A stretch of 64,000 bases of DNA, from contig JAEEXX010000001.1 in the NCBI GenBank assembly GCA_016287985.1, positions 12,717 through 76,716 on the forward strand, in the 5' to 3' direction. The stretch's first letter is position 1, and each line of letters starts with the position of its first letter. The notes below the pieces were generated by a model. The model did not search any database and was not told where the DNA came from. It saw nothing but the letters and a program-made list of their open reading frames with translations. Made by a program: the position numbers and the translations under genes. This document shows, in pieces, positions 47,974-57,610 of the stretch. The stretch is from Candidatus Gastranaerophilales bacterium (GTDB taxonomy: Bacteria > Cyanobacteriota > Vampirovibrionia > Gastranaerophilales > Gastranaerophilaceae).

Positions 47974-48837
47974 ATGATAGGAATAAAATATATGAATGAA
48001 TTAAATGCAGAAAAAAAGACTCTTATAGTTATAATATTAACTCTTATAACAATGGTTGCAGAAATTATTGCAGGATATTTGAGTCATTCTATGGCGCTTT
48101 TTGCAGACGGCTGGCATATGGGAACTCACGCCCTTGCTCTTTCTCTTACATTCTTGACATATGTATTTATTAGGAGATTTTCGGATACAACATCATTTGT
48201 ATTTGGCACAGGGAAATTCGGTGTGCTATCCGGATTCACGAGTTCAATTCTTTTAGGTATAACCGGAATTTTTATAATTGCAGAATCATTTGAACGTTTT
48301 TTAAATCCACTGAGAATAGGATTAAATGAAGCCATACTAATTGCTATTATAGGTTTTTTTGTCAATTTGTTATGTATAATAATTATGCACGAAAATGAGC
48401 ATGAACATTGTAATCACAATCACAGCAAAGATTACAATTTTAAAGCTGCATACTTACATATCCTTGCTGATTTAATGACTTCTGTATTCGCCATAGGAGC
48501 GTTGTTTGCGGCAAAATACTTAGGCTGGAATTTTCTAGACCCAATCGTAGGTTTTATAGGTGGAATTGTAATTTGTTTTTGGGCATTCCGGCTTATTAAA
48601 TCGACAACGATAATACTTTTGGATACGGAAACAGAAGACTTAAAACATGAAGTACAAGAAAATTTGGCTGCTAAAATTAAATTTGAAGAACTGCATGTTT
48701 GGAGAGTGTCTGAATGTGAATTTGCGTTAATTGGAAAAACTAATTCCCGCCATGATATAAATAATATAAAGTCAGAAATTTCAAATATGGCTAAATTCAC
48801 ATTAATAAATATTGAATCAATAAATGATACCGATTAA
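47974..48837 (+). CDS. CDF family metal efflux transporter (DmeF-like)
   Basis: SMALFADGWHMGTHA, His-rich loop and AAYLHILAD motifs. Confidence 0.9.
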   Translation: MIGIKYMNELNAEKKTLIVIILTLITMVAEIIAGYLSHSMALFADGWHMGTHALALSLTFLTYVFIRRFSDTTSFVFGTGKFGVLSGFTSSILLGITGIFIIAESFERFLNPLRIGLNEAILIAIIGFFVNLLCIIIMHENEHEHCNHNHSKDYNFKAAYLHILADLMTSVFAIGALFAAKYLGWNFLDPIVGFIGGIVICFWAFRLIKSTTIILLDTETEDLKHEVQENLAAKIKFEELHVWRVSECEFALIGKTNSRHDINNIKSEISNMAKFTLINIESINDTD

Positions 48838-48910
48838 CAACTGTTAAATAAAGTGTATAATCACTTAACTCAAACTATTTGATATAATGGTTATGAATAA
48901 GGAGAGTTTA

Positions 48911-49897
48911 ATGTTTAGAAAACTGTTTTGTATTTTTGAGTGTTCAAGAATTTTTTCTTTACCGATGTCTATATTATCTTGGTTAATTGTTTTTATGTAT
49001 TCGATATCAGATTCAGGGAATATCTTTTACGGAATTCTCACTTTAATAGGAATTTGTTTTGCACATTTAGGAACTAACCTCATGGATGATTTGATTGACT
49101 ATAAATATTTAATGAAAAGTGTAGATTTTGATAAAAAAACATATTTACAAAATTCACAAAAAACAAAATGCAGATATTTGGTTAGCGGAGCATTAACAGA
49201 AAAACAAGTTATTTTCATAATATCAATTTACTTTTCTATTTCAACAATAATAGGATTATTTTTATATTTAAAATGCGGAATCGGAGTTATATATTTTGCA
49301 GTTATTGGCGGAATAATCGGACTTTTATATCCGTTTTTATCAAGAATATGCCTGTCTGAATTTGCAGTAGGGTTAACGTACGGCCCGGTGCTTTTTGGCG
49401 GAGTTTATTATTCAATGACCGAAAGTTATTCAAATGAAGTATTCATTTTGTCAATCCCATCCATGATAATGACTATAGTCCTCTTATACATACACACCGT
49501 CATGGACTATGACTTTGATACAAATGAAGGCAAAAAAACCATATCAAACAGATTTAATTCTCAGCTTGAATCATTAATTATTTTGAAATGGTTACTAATC
49601 TTTGCATATAGTACAGTTGTACTGTTGTGCATTTTTGACATAGCCGACTGGCAAGTATTTTTAACTTTTTTAACAATTCCTTTAGCCGTAGATTTATATC
49701 AATCCCTTAAACTATTTTCCGAGAATCCTGAAACCGTACCAGAGAAACGATGGTATCATTTCCCCATGGAAAACTGGAAAAGGCTGGAAGAACGTCAAGA
49801 AACATCTTTCATGATGAGAATGTATCAATCGAGAAATTTAATGATATATTTTTCCACATTTTTAACTCTCGGAATAGTATTATCTCTATTAATTTAA
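48911..49897 (+). CDS. UbiA-family prenyltransferase (MenA-like)
   Basis: NLMDDLIDY and D.DFD..EGKKT motifs; multi-TM; AAGGAG RBS before ATG 48911. Confidence 0.85.
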   Translation: MFRKLFCIFECSRIFSLPMSILSWLIVFMYSISDSGNIFYGILTLIGICFAHLGTNLMDDLIDYKYLMKSVDFDKKTYLQNSQKTKCRYLVSGALTEKQVIFIISIYFSISTIIGLFLYLKCGIGVIYFAVIGGIIGLLYPFLSRICLSEFAVGLTYGPVLFGGVYYSMTESYSNEVFILSIPSMIMTIVLLYIHTVMDYDFDTNEGKKTISNRFNSQLESLIILKWLLIFAYSTVVLLCIFDIADWQVFLTFLTIPLAVDLYQSLKLFSENPETVPEKRWYHFPMENWKRLEERQETSFMMRMYQSRNLMIYFSTFLTLGIVLSLLI

Positions 49898-49898
49898 A

Positions 49899-52277
49899 CT
49901 AAGAATTAAATATTTCACCATTAAAATTTAAGCTTTTTGCTTCTTTTAAAATTTGGAAGTCATCAATATTATATTTTTTAACGAAGTTAATTGCTTCATA
50001 TCTGGCAATTTCAAGGATTTTCGAATCGTTAACAATATCTCCTATTATCATATCAGGCAATCCGCTTTGACGAGTTCCCAAGAACTCACCGGGACCTCTT
50101 ATCTGTAAATCTTTTTCAGCAATAACAAATCCATCATTCGTCTTTGTCATAATATCCAGTCTTGCTTTTGTGTCCTGTGATTTTGTTGACGATGAAAGTA
50201 TACAATATGACTGTAAATCACTTCTGCCTACTCTTCCCCTCAACTGATGCAACTGCGAAAGTCCAAATCGTTCAGCATTTTCTATAACTATTACCGTTGC
50301 ATTTGGAACATCAACCCCTACTTCTACAACTGTTGTAGAAACAAGAATATCATACTCTTTATTTTTAAACTTATTCATTACATCTTCTTTTTCATCATTT
50401 TTAAGTTTTCCATGCAAAAGTCCAATTCGAAATTCAGGGAAAACTTCATTCTGCCATATTTCACGTTCTTTAGTAGCAGCCTTTGCAGAAAGCGTTTCAC
50501 TTTCATCAATAAGGGGGTAAACTATATAAGCTTGTCTGCCTGCATTAACTTCTCTTCGTATAAGATTTGCAATTTGTTTTCTTGAATTAACAATTGAAGT
50601 TAAAATTGGCTTTCTTCCCTCGGGCATTTCATCAATTATTGTTAAATCCAAATCACCATTCATTGTAATTGCAAGTGTTCTCGGAATCGGGGTTGCCGTC
50701 ATAGTTAAGATTTGCGGATTTTGGGATTTTTTCCTTAATGCTAGTCGTTGTTTTACACCAAATCTATGTTGTTCATCAATTACAATCGCTCCGAGATTCG
50801 CAAAATCAATACCCTCTTGAATTAGGGCATGCGTTCCAATTGCAATATCGACCTGCCCGTTTCTTAAATTAGTTTCTGAAACAGACCGTTTTCTCTTTCC
50901 GATACTTCCCAAAAAGAGTTCAACCCGAATACCCAAAGGTGATAACCATTTAGTCATGTTATTATAATGCTGCTGCGCCAATATTTCTGTGGGTGCCATA
51001 ATAGCAGCCTGATAACCGTTTTCAACTGCAGCGAGAAGCATGATTGTTGCAACGACAGTTTTTCCACTTCCTACATCCCCTTGAAGAAGTCTTTGCATTG
51101 GCTTTGTTGAATTTAAATCGTTTAAAATCTCATTCATAGCCCTTTGCTGTGCACCGGTAAGCTTAAAAGGCAGTGAATCAATGAATTTCATAACAAGCCC
51201 ATCTTTTTTGATATTAAGAGGAATAGATTGAAGGTTTTTATTATTTTCTTCTCTTAATAATGCCAGTCTGAGTTGAATCAGAAAAAATTCTTCGAAAACA
51301 AGTGTATATCTGGCAATATCCAACTTTTCTTTATCATCCGGGAAATGTATTTGTTTAAGTGCCTCTGATTTTTCCATCAAATTATATTTTTTTATCAGAT
51401 ATTCGGGCAAAACAGTTTCAATTTCAGAACCGTAAATTTCAAGCACATTATATATAGCTTTTCGTAAAGTCTTTATGTTGAGGTTTTCGCTAACCGTATA
51501 AATTGGAACGATTCTTGCCATATTCAAATTAGAAGAAGCAAGTGAATCGTCATCCATAATTGAATATGTAGGTTTATCAAGAGTCAAATTCCCGTCATAT
51601 GAATTTAACTTAACCGTTCCCGAAACCATAATTCCTGAATTTTTCGGGAAATTAGATTTCATACGTTCCATAACATACTTAGAGGATTTCGCAGAAAAGA
51701 AATTCAAGTATATACTTCCGGAGCCATCTGCTATACGAACCTTTATAACCCCCAACTTATTCTTTGTAGTAAATGCTTCTACAGATTTTATTCGGCCAAA
51801 AATCGTTGTATCCTGCCCCACTTGCAGATCCCGAATTTTAGTTCTGACTGAATAATCAACATGTTTTCTAGGGAAGTAATACAACAAGTCATTTGCAGTA
51901 TATATTCCCAATTTATTCAGTAAATATGATATTTTAGGCCCGACTCCTTTAATATACATAACATCCGCTTGATAAATCGGTTTTTTACTGTCAACTTTTT
52001 CTTCCGCATTTTTTGAAGTCATATATTCAGACTTAATAACAGAAACTAGCCTTTCTAATGATTTTTTTCTGGATGGTGCAGTTTCCATCGGATAATGCTC
52101 AAAATGTTCAAGCAAAACTCTCCATTTTGGATTATCGGAATGAAGTTTAATTTCTTTTCTCAGAACAGAGCAAATAAACGACGAAAATGAACGAGTTTTC
52201 CCGTTAATATTAATATAACGGTGTTTGACTTCAATTTCTACAGCTTTTTTAACCTGCTCCAAGTTATCCATATGCAT
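49899..52277 (-). CDS. recG: ATP-dependent DNA helicase RecG
   Basis: QGDVGSGKT, DEQHRFG, MTATPIPRTL and QLHQLRGRVGR motifs. Confidence 0.98.
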   Translation of the reverse strand: MHMDNLEQVKKAVEIEVKHRYININGKTRSFSSFICSVLRKEIKLHSDNPKWRVLLEHFEHYPMETAPSRKKSLERLVSVIKSEYMTSKNAEEKVDSKKPIYQADVMYIKGVGPKISYLLNKLGIYTANDLLYYFPRKHVDYSVRTKIRDLQVGQDTTIFGRIKSVEAFTTKNKLGVIKVRIADGSGSIYLNFFSAKSSKYVMERMKSNFPKNSGIMVSGTVKLNSYDGNLTLDKPTYSIMDDDSLASSNLNMARIVPIYTVSENLNIKTLRKAIYNVLEIYGSEIETVLPEYLIKKYNLMEKSEALKQIHFPDDKEKLDIARYTLVFEEFFLIQLRLALLREENNKNLQSIPLNIKKDGLVMKFIDSLPFKLTGAQQRAMNEILNDLNSTKPMQRLLQGDVGSGKTVVATIMLLAAVENGYQAAIMAPTEILAQQHYNNMTKWLSPLGIRVELFLGSIGKRKRSVSETNLRNGQVDIAIGTHALIQEGIDFANLGAIVIDEQHRFGVKQRLALRKKSQNPQILTMTATPIPRTLAITMNGDLDLTIIDEMPEGRKPILTSIVNSRKQIANLIRREVNAGRQAYIVYPLIDESETLSAKAATKEREIWQNEVFPEFRIGLLHGKLKNDEKEDVMNKFKNKEYDILVSTTVVEVGVDVPNATVIVIENAERFGLSQLHQLRGRVGRSDLQSYCILSSSTKSQDTKARLDIMTKTNDGFVIAEKDLQIRGPGEFLGTRQSGLPDMIIGDIVNDSKILEIARYEAINFVKKYNIDDFQILKEAKSLNFNGEIFNS

Positions 52278-52337
52278 ATTATACTATATATGAGTTAAAA
52301 CATTAAAAAAAATAACAAAATATGCTATATTATTAGT

Positions 52338-53135
52338 ATGCCCAAGACTTATTTAAATGGCAGTGTTAAAAGCGGTAATATAATGAGATGGTCAATGAAT
52401 CCTCTCATTGTATATATTGCGCCAATGAAATTCTATACCAAAACAGGAGAAGACCATAAATACAGAAAAATGGTTATGGACGCTTTTTCTGCATGGTCAG
52501 CAGCAACCGGAGGAAAATTACAGTTCAAGGTAACAAGTGTTTTGTTAGAATCAAATATTAATGTTGATTGGAAACGTGTTGATAGAAAAGCTCTGGGGCA
52601 TTGTTATTTTAATTGGGATTCGCAAGGAAGACTTTATGGTGCGGAAGTTTCTATAGGACTTACTGATGGAAGAATACATAAAGAATACGATAATGAAGTT
52701 GAAGTTTATCATACTATATTGCACGAAATCGGTCATGCAATAGGTCTTGGCCACAGCCCATACAAAGAAGACATTATGTATACTCCGCATCAATATGGAA
52801 ATGCTGCACTTTCTACCAATGATAAATATTCTGCACAATGGTTGTATAGACTCCCTGCAGGAGCTTCCGTTAAAAAAATTGCAGATAAATATGCAGTTAA
52901 TACAACGTCGGATATTGATTCTGTAATAAGAAAAATCGATTCTAAAAATGATAAACAAAATGAAATTCATGAAGCAATGCAAATAACAACAAACAGAGAT
53001 TTACTACAAGAAGCGACTAACATCGGCGCTTTGAACAGATCTAACATGCTTTTACAAAACATTTCAATATCAGATAATGTAAAGAATTATTTACAAAACA
53101 ACGGAAAACATGAAAAAAATAGCAAATTTTTCTAA
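52338..53135 (+). CDS. Matrixin (M10) family metalloprotease
   Basis: HEIGHAIGLGHS plus Met-turn DIMY. Confidence 0.88.
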   Translation: MPKTYLNGSVKSGNIMRWSMNPLIVYIAPMKFYTKTGEDHKYRKMVMDAFSAWSAATGGKLQFKVTSVLLESNINVDWKRVDRKALGHCYFNWDSQGRLYGAEVSIGLTDGRIHKEYDNEVEVYHTILHEIGHAIGLGHSPYKEDIMYTPHQYGNAALSTNDKYSAQWLYRLPAGASVKKIADKYAVNTTSDIDSVIRKIDSKNDKQNEIHEAMQITTNRDLLQEATNIGALNRSNMLLQNISISDNVKNYLQNNGKHEKNSKFF

Positions 53136-53175
53136 AAAAATGTTTTATAATGATTATTAGTGTTAAGGATTCCTA

Positions 53176-53970
53176 GTGTATAAAAATTTAAATTCAAAAA
53201 TTAGTGATATAGAGATCACTGAAACTACAGAAATTGAACAGCTTTCAAATCCTATGAAATCTGTCACAAATACTTCTGCCGGCGAAATTGCAACATACAG
53301 TCGGATTCTTGAAAGACCAAAATATGATTATGATATTGCGCAAATCGTTGAAGTGGTCAGAATTCTAAATAATGTAGCTCCGATTACAATGCCTGAATAT
53401 AATTTTAATATTGATGAAATAAATGGTGAACATTACTATAAACCGGATGGCACACTGCTTTTTATTCGTGATTTTGACAATGATGTTATAAGAGATTATT
53501 ACTACAATTCAGATTATACAGACAGAAAGTATTCCGTATCCAGGATTATGGAGCATGATAAAACAACCGGAAGATTAAGAGTTAAAATCGAACCTGTTGT
53601 AAGGCCAGAAAATCGCTTGAAAACCAGTATTACAATCTTTGACGAAAAAAATAGTAATAAGTATATTATAATTCATTTATCAGAAGGTAACGTCGTTAAT
53701 AATTTTTCTGAATTCTCCGGAAATGGCAAGTCATTTAAAACTCTTTTCAGAAACGTTCATAATTATAAACCGGTAAGATTTATTGAAGGTAAAGATAATA
53801 AAGACATTGGTTTTGAAATGATTGACTGCATATTCACCGAAAATAGCGATGTGGCAAGAATTAGGCGATACAACAGCAAGCAGGAAATAAATATTGATTA
53901 CACAGACAACCAAAAGAAGGTAACTGTAAAAAATATAAGAAAACCTTTTAATGACAGGTTCAAAGGTTAA
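53176..53970 (+). CDS. Hypothetical protein
   Basis: 264-aa ORF with GTG start after AAGGA; upstream AGCAAA-N15-GTTTT. Confidence 0.65.
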   Translation: MYKNLNSKISDIEITETTEIEQLSNPMKSVTNTSAGEIATYSRILERPKYDYDIAQIVEVVRILNNVAPITMPEYNFNIDEINGEHYYKPDGTLLFIRDFDNDVIRDYYYNSDYTDRKYSVSRIMEHDKTTGRLRVKIEPVVRPENRLKTSITIFDEKNSNKYIIIHLSEGNVVNNFSEFSGNGKSFKTLFRNVHNYKPVRFIEGKDNKDIGFEMIDCIFTENSDVARIRRYNSKQEINIDYTDNQKKVTVKNIRKPFNDRFKG

Positions 53971-53991
53971 TAACAAATCAGATATTGTTTA

Positions 53992-54999
53992 TTAACAAAT
54001 ACCTTCTCTCAAACGTACAATTGCGCCGCCCCAGGTCATGCCGGCACCAAAACCACATAGAAGAACATTTGAATTTAACTTCATCTGCCCGTTTCTAACC
54101 CCTTCTACAAGCGCAATCGGTATGGATGCAGCGGAAGTATTTCCGTAATATTCTAAATTAGTGATAACTTTTTCGTCAGAAATTCCTATACGCTCTTGAA
54201 CTGCTCTAATAATTCTAATATTAGCCTGGTGAGGAACCATATAATCAATATTTTCCGATTTTAACCCTGCATTTTTTATAAGCTCATCAACATAATTAGG
54301 AAGAAGTTTAACAACAAAAGTATAAACCCCTTTCCCATTCATCTGGATTTTAGGTTCACGTTTATCATTAGGCTTGACTAGAGGACAATTATCCCCATCG
54401 AAATGAAGTTCAATAAGACCTCCTTGTTTTCCATCTGCTTGAATGTCAAGTGCAATAATATCATCTGTACCATCTTTAGAAGCTGTAACCACAACCGCTC
54501 CTGCACCATCACCAAAAAGAATAGAAGTTCCTCTGTCTGACCAATCCAAGTGTTTTGAATTATTATCAGTTGCGACAATAAGTATATTTTTATACATGCC
54601 GGAAGCAATCAAACCCCTTGCAATACTAAGTCCATATATCAAACCTGAACATGCAGCAGAAATATCAAATGCCGGAATGGGTTTTGTAACCCCAAGTCTC
54701 TTTTGAATACAGCAACTCATTGAATACATTTCAACCGGAGTTGAAGAAGCCGCAATAATCATATCCAATTCATCAGGATTTAGCCCTGCTTTTTCAATAG
54801 CATCACGAGAGGCCGTCTCACCTAAATCTATGGCTGTTTCATTCCCAGAAACAAGTCTACGTTCTCTTATACCGGTTCTTGTGTAAATCCATTCATCCGA
54901 CGTTTCATATAACTTTGTTAAATCATCGTTTGTAACAACAGTACTCGGTACACTATATCCAATACCCGCAATTTTTAACGGTATCGCACCTTTTATCAT
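53992..54999 (-). CDS. fabH: 3-oxoacyl-ACP synthase III
   Basis: AACSG, FGDGAGA, HQAN and GNTSAAS motifs. Confidence 0.97.
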   Translation of the reverse strand: MIKGAIPLKIAGIGYSVPSTVVTNDDLTKLYETSDEWIYTRTGIRERRLVSGNETAIDLGETASRDAIEKAGLNPDELDMIIAASSTPVEMYSMSCCIQKRLGVTKPIPAFDISAACSGLIYGLSIARGLIASGMYKNILIVATDNNSKHLDWSDRGTSILFGDGAGAVVVTASKDGTDDIIALDIQADGKQGGLIELHFDGDNCPLVKPNDKREPKIQMNGKGVYTFVVKLLPNYVDELIKNAGLKSENIDYMVPHQANIRIIRAVQERIGISDEKVITNLEYYGNTSAASIPIALVEGVRNGQMKLNSNVLLCGFGAGMTWGGAIVRLREGIC

Positions 55000-55011
55000 T
55001 CTCTTAGCTCC

Positions 55012-56064
55012 TTATGCAATACTGTCTGCAATCTTATTATTAACGCAGGTTTCTACAGCTTCTTTTGCCACTCTAACAGCATTTTTAATTGCATATGCTT
55101 TACTTCTTCCGTGAGAAATAACTGTGATACCCTTAACTCCCAAAAGAAGCATGCCGCCAAATTCTTCATAGTTTATTTTTTCATGGATTCTTTTCATAAA
55201 CGGTTTAGCAAGAGTGCCGATTATCATACCCAAAATATCTGACTTAAATTCATTCTTTATCATTTTTAAAAGTAATGATGCAGTTCCTTCTGTAACTTTT
55301 AAAACGACATTACCTACGAAACCGTCGCAAACTACAACGTCACAAACATTGAGGAATAATTCTCTGCCCTCAACATTTCCCATGAAATTAAATTTTTCTT
55401 TCTCTTCCTCCAAAAGTGCATATGTTTGCTGAGCAAGTTCATTTCCCTTACCGGCTTCTTCTCCGATATTTAAAACACCGATTCTTGGATTTTCTATTCC
55501 TAAAACACTTCTTGAAAAAGTTTGTCCCATAATAGCAAATTGTTTAAGCATTTGAGGAGTACAGTTACTGTTAGCACCGCCGTCAATTACGACAATAGGT
55601 TTTCTCATAGTCGGAAGAGTGACGGCTATTGCAGGTCTGTCTATACCGGGGATTCTTCCGAGTCCGAACAAACTTGATGCCATTGCAGCACCTGTTGAAC
55701 CGGCAGCAACAAGTGCATCAGAACTACCTGTTGCAACAGAATTAACTGTCAGAACAATCGAAGAATTTTTCTTTTTACGTATAGCCTGCCCGGGGGCTTC
55801 GCCCATTTCAATAACTTCTGAAGCATGTGTAACTTTTATATCGAGCGATTTTACATCAATTCTGACTCTTCTGCTTCTTCCGGCTTTACCGCACGGTGAC
55901 AAAAAGCCTTCTTGCTGAATTTTATCAAGACATTCTTCTATTCTGTCTTGTTTACCAACAAGCTCTATCGCCACACCATATTCTGCTGCAGCCCACACTG
56001 CTCCTGCTACTATTTCAAACGGAGCATAATCCCCCCCCATCGCATCAACAGCTATTCTGGTCAT
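55012..56064 (-). CDS. plsX: Phosphate acyltransferase PlsX
   Basis: IAVDAMGGD, LNIGEE..KG, DGFVGN..LK and HGRS motifs. Confidence 0.97.
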   Translation of the reverse strand: MTRIAVDAMGGDYAPFEIVAGAVWAAAEYGVAIELVGKQDRIEECLDKIQQEGFLSPCGKAGRSRRVRIDVKSLDIKVTHASEVIEMGEAPGQAIRKKKNSSIVLTVNSVATGSSDALVAAGSTGAAMASSLFGLGRIPGIDRPAIAVTLPTMRKPIVVIDGGANSNCTPQMLKQFAIMGQTFSRSVLGIENPRIGVLNIGEEAGKGNELAQQTYALLEEEKEKFNFMGNVEGRELFLNVCDVVVCDGFVGNVVLKVTEGTASLLLKMIKNEFKSDILGMIIGTLAKPFMKRIHEKINYEEFGGMLLLGVKGITVISHGRSKAYAIKNAVRVAKEAVETCVNNKIADSIA

Positions 56065-56083
56065 TTAACTCTATCCCCTTTTT

Positions 56084-56154
56084 ATGTTAATAAGTAAATA
56101 AGAGTTAAGTTAATAAGAAACTTATTAACTTATTAACTTTGCTCTTATTAACAT
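56084..56154. repeat. TTAATAAG-based nested palindrome, copy 1
   Basis: GTTAATAAG units followed by CTTATTAAC units; similar copy at 57087-57156. Confidence 0.75.
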
Positions 56155-56155
56155 T

Positions 56156-56506
56156 TTATTCCTCTGTTTTTTCTTCTTTTGTTTCTTCAGCCGGAGTTTC
56201 TTCGACTTTTGTTTCTTCTGCAGCTTCTACAGCTTTTTCTTCTTTAACTTTTTTCGTTGACTTTTTAGCAGCAGTCTTCTTTGCAGGAGCTTTCTTTGCT
56301 TCTTTTACTTCATTACCGTCAACAAAACCTTCTGCTTTTCTTGAAACAACTTTGCCTTTGTATTGACCGCATGCTGTACAAACTGTGTGTGCTAGCATTT
56401 TTTGCCCGCAATTAGGACAAGTTGTTAAAGCCGGCTTAGTTGCTTTCCAATTACTTCTTCTTTTTCCTTGAGCACTGTGCCCTGTTCTTTTCTTTGGTAC
56501 TGCCAT
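56156..56506 (-). CDS. rpmF: 50S ribosomal protein L32 with C-terminal extension
   Basis: MAVPKKRT...CPNCG...HTVC.ACG.Y; position between yceD and plsX. Confidence 0.95.
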   Translation of the reverse strand: MAVPKKRTGHSAQGKRRSNWKATKPALTTCPNCGQKMLAHTVCTACGQYKGKVVSRKAEGFVDGNEVKEAKKAPAKKTAAKKSTKKVKEEKAVEAAEETKVEETPAEETKEEKTEE

Positions 56507-56589
56507 TTTTCCTATACCTTTCTTAAATTGTATTATACTTATATTTCGGGTTAATAATTACCGTAATACACTTCCAAAATGCTTGTAAA

Positions 56590-57078
56590 TTAATCTTTTC
56601 GTTCAATTTTGATAGTCTTAAATACATCCATTCTATCATCGTGAACTTTTATATCTTCATCCGATACAAACATTCCTTCTTTACAATTTATACCACAAAC
56701 CTTTTTATTTGGTAAAGATAATATTACAGATTGATACAATAAGTCATAAATATCTATTTCTTTTTCTCCGTTTAGGTCTGTAATAAACTGTCCTCTTTGA
56801 AGCTCAACTTCTTGTCCGTACTCGTCTTGAAGTGATTGTTTAGCATAAGTTTCTTCTATATCAATATCAAGATTTTGTGTAAATTCGTTTAGACATCTGT
56901 CACAAATTAGCTTAATTTTGCCTTTGGCATGTCCTGTGACTTCAATAAAATCCCCCAGAGATTTTAAATCAAGCTCTGCTTTCAGAGCACATTCAAGCTC
57001 TTCTATATAATCGTCAAATGAATAGTGCAGAGTTTTATTCGGTTCAAGTTCTATGTCTTCAATTTCTACTTTATGCAT
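56590..57078 (-). CDS. yceD: DUF177/YceD family protein
   Basis: CDRCL and LP...C...C motifs; upstream of rpmF. Confidence 0.88.
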   Translation of the reverse strand: MHKVEIEDIELEPNKTLHYSFDDYIEELECALKAELDLKSLGDFIEVTGHAKGKIKLICDRCLNEFTQNLDIDIEETYAKQSLQDEYGQEVELQRGQFITDLNGEKEIDIYDLLYQSVILSLPNKKVCGINCKEGMFVSDEDIKVHDDRMDVFKTIKIERKD

Positions 57079-57086
57079 GGTCTTTT

Positions 57087-57156
57087 AAGTTAATAAGTGA
57101 ATAAGAATAAGGTTAATAAGAACTTATTAACGTATTAACTTTCCTCCTATTAACTT
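57087..57156. repeat. TTAATAAG-based nested palindrome, copy 2
   Basis: Same architecture as 56084-56154. Confidence 0.75.
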
Positions 57157-57402
57157 TTATTGATACGGTTCTTCCTGTAAAACAAGTCCTGCCATTTGAG
57201 TAGATACGAAACAAAACTTTTTAATCGGGCCAATAGGTTCTTTTTCAACAAGAACAGGAGTTGGACTTTTCATAAGCTGTTTTAATTCCGCATAAACAGC
57301 CTGTGGATTATCAAAATACATAACGACAGGCGTAGCTGAACCTTTCAAGAACAAAATTACGGCTTGTCTTGTTTTTTGTCCCGCACTAAAATTCTGAACC
57401 AT
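57157..57402 (-). CDS. Small hypothetical protein
   Basis: 81-aa ORF with AAGGAG RBS; first gene of the yceD-rpmF-plsX-fabH run. Confidence 0.7.
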   Translation of the reverse strand: MVQNFSAGQKTRQAVILFLKGSATPVVMYFDNPQAVYAELKQLMKSPTPVLVEKEPIGPIKKFCFVSTQMAGLVLQEEPYQ

Positions 57403-57610
57403 TATATGCTCTCCTTTTTATTTTACCTGTTTTTATTATATTACAAAAAGAAGAATGAAAATAGAAAATGCAAAATATGAAAAACTGTTTTAAATAAAAT
57501 TGAAATGAGTCGAGAAAAAAATGAACTTAAGAATAATACAATAGACAGAATATATCTTTACAGCAATTATAAATACCCGACTACGGCTAATATAAAAGAA
57601 TCTGTTCATT

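Noticed and set aside
56084-57156. CRISPR array
   Set aside because: The repeats are short inverted units without unique spacers, and no cas genes are in the window.
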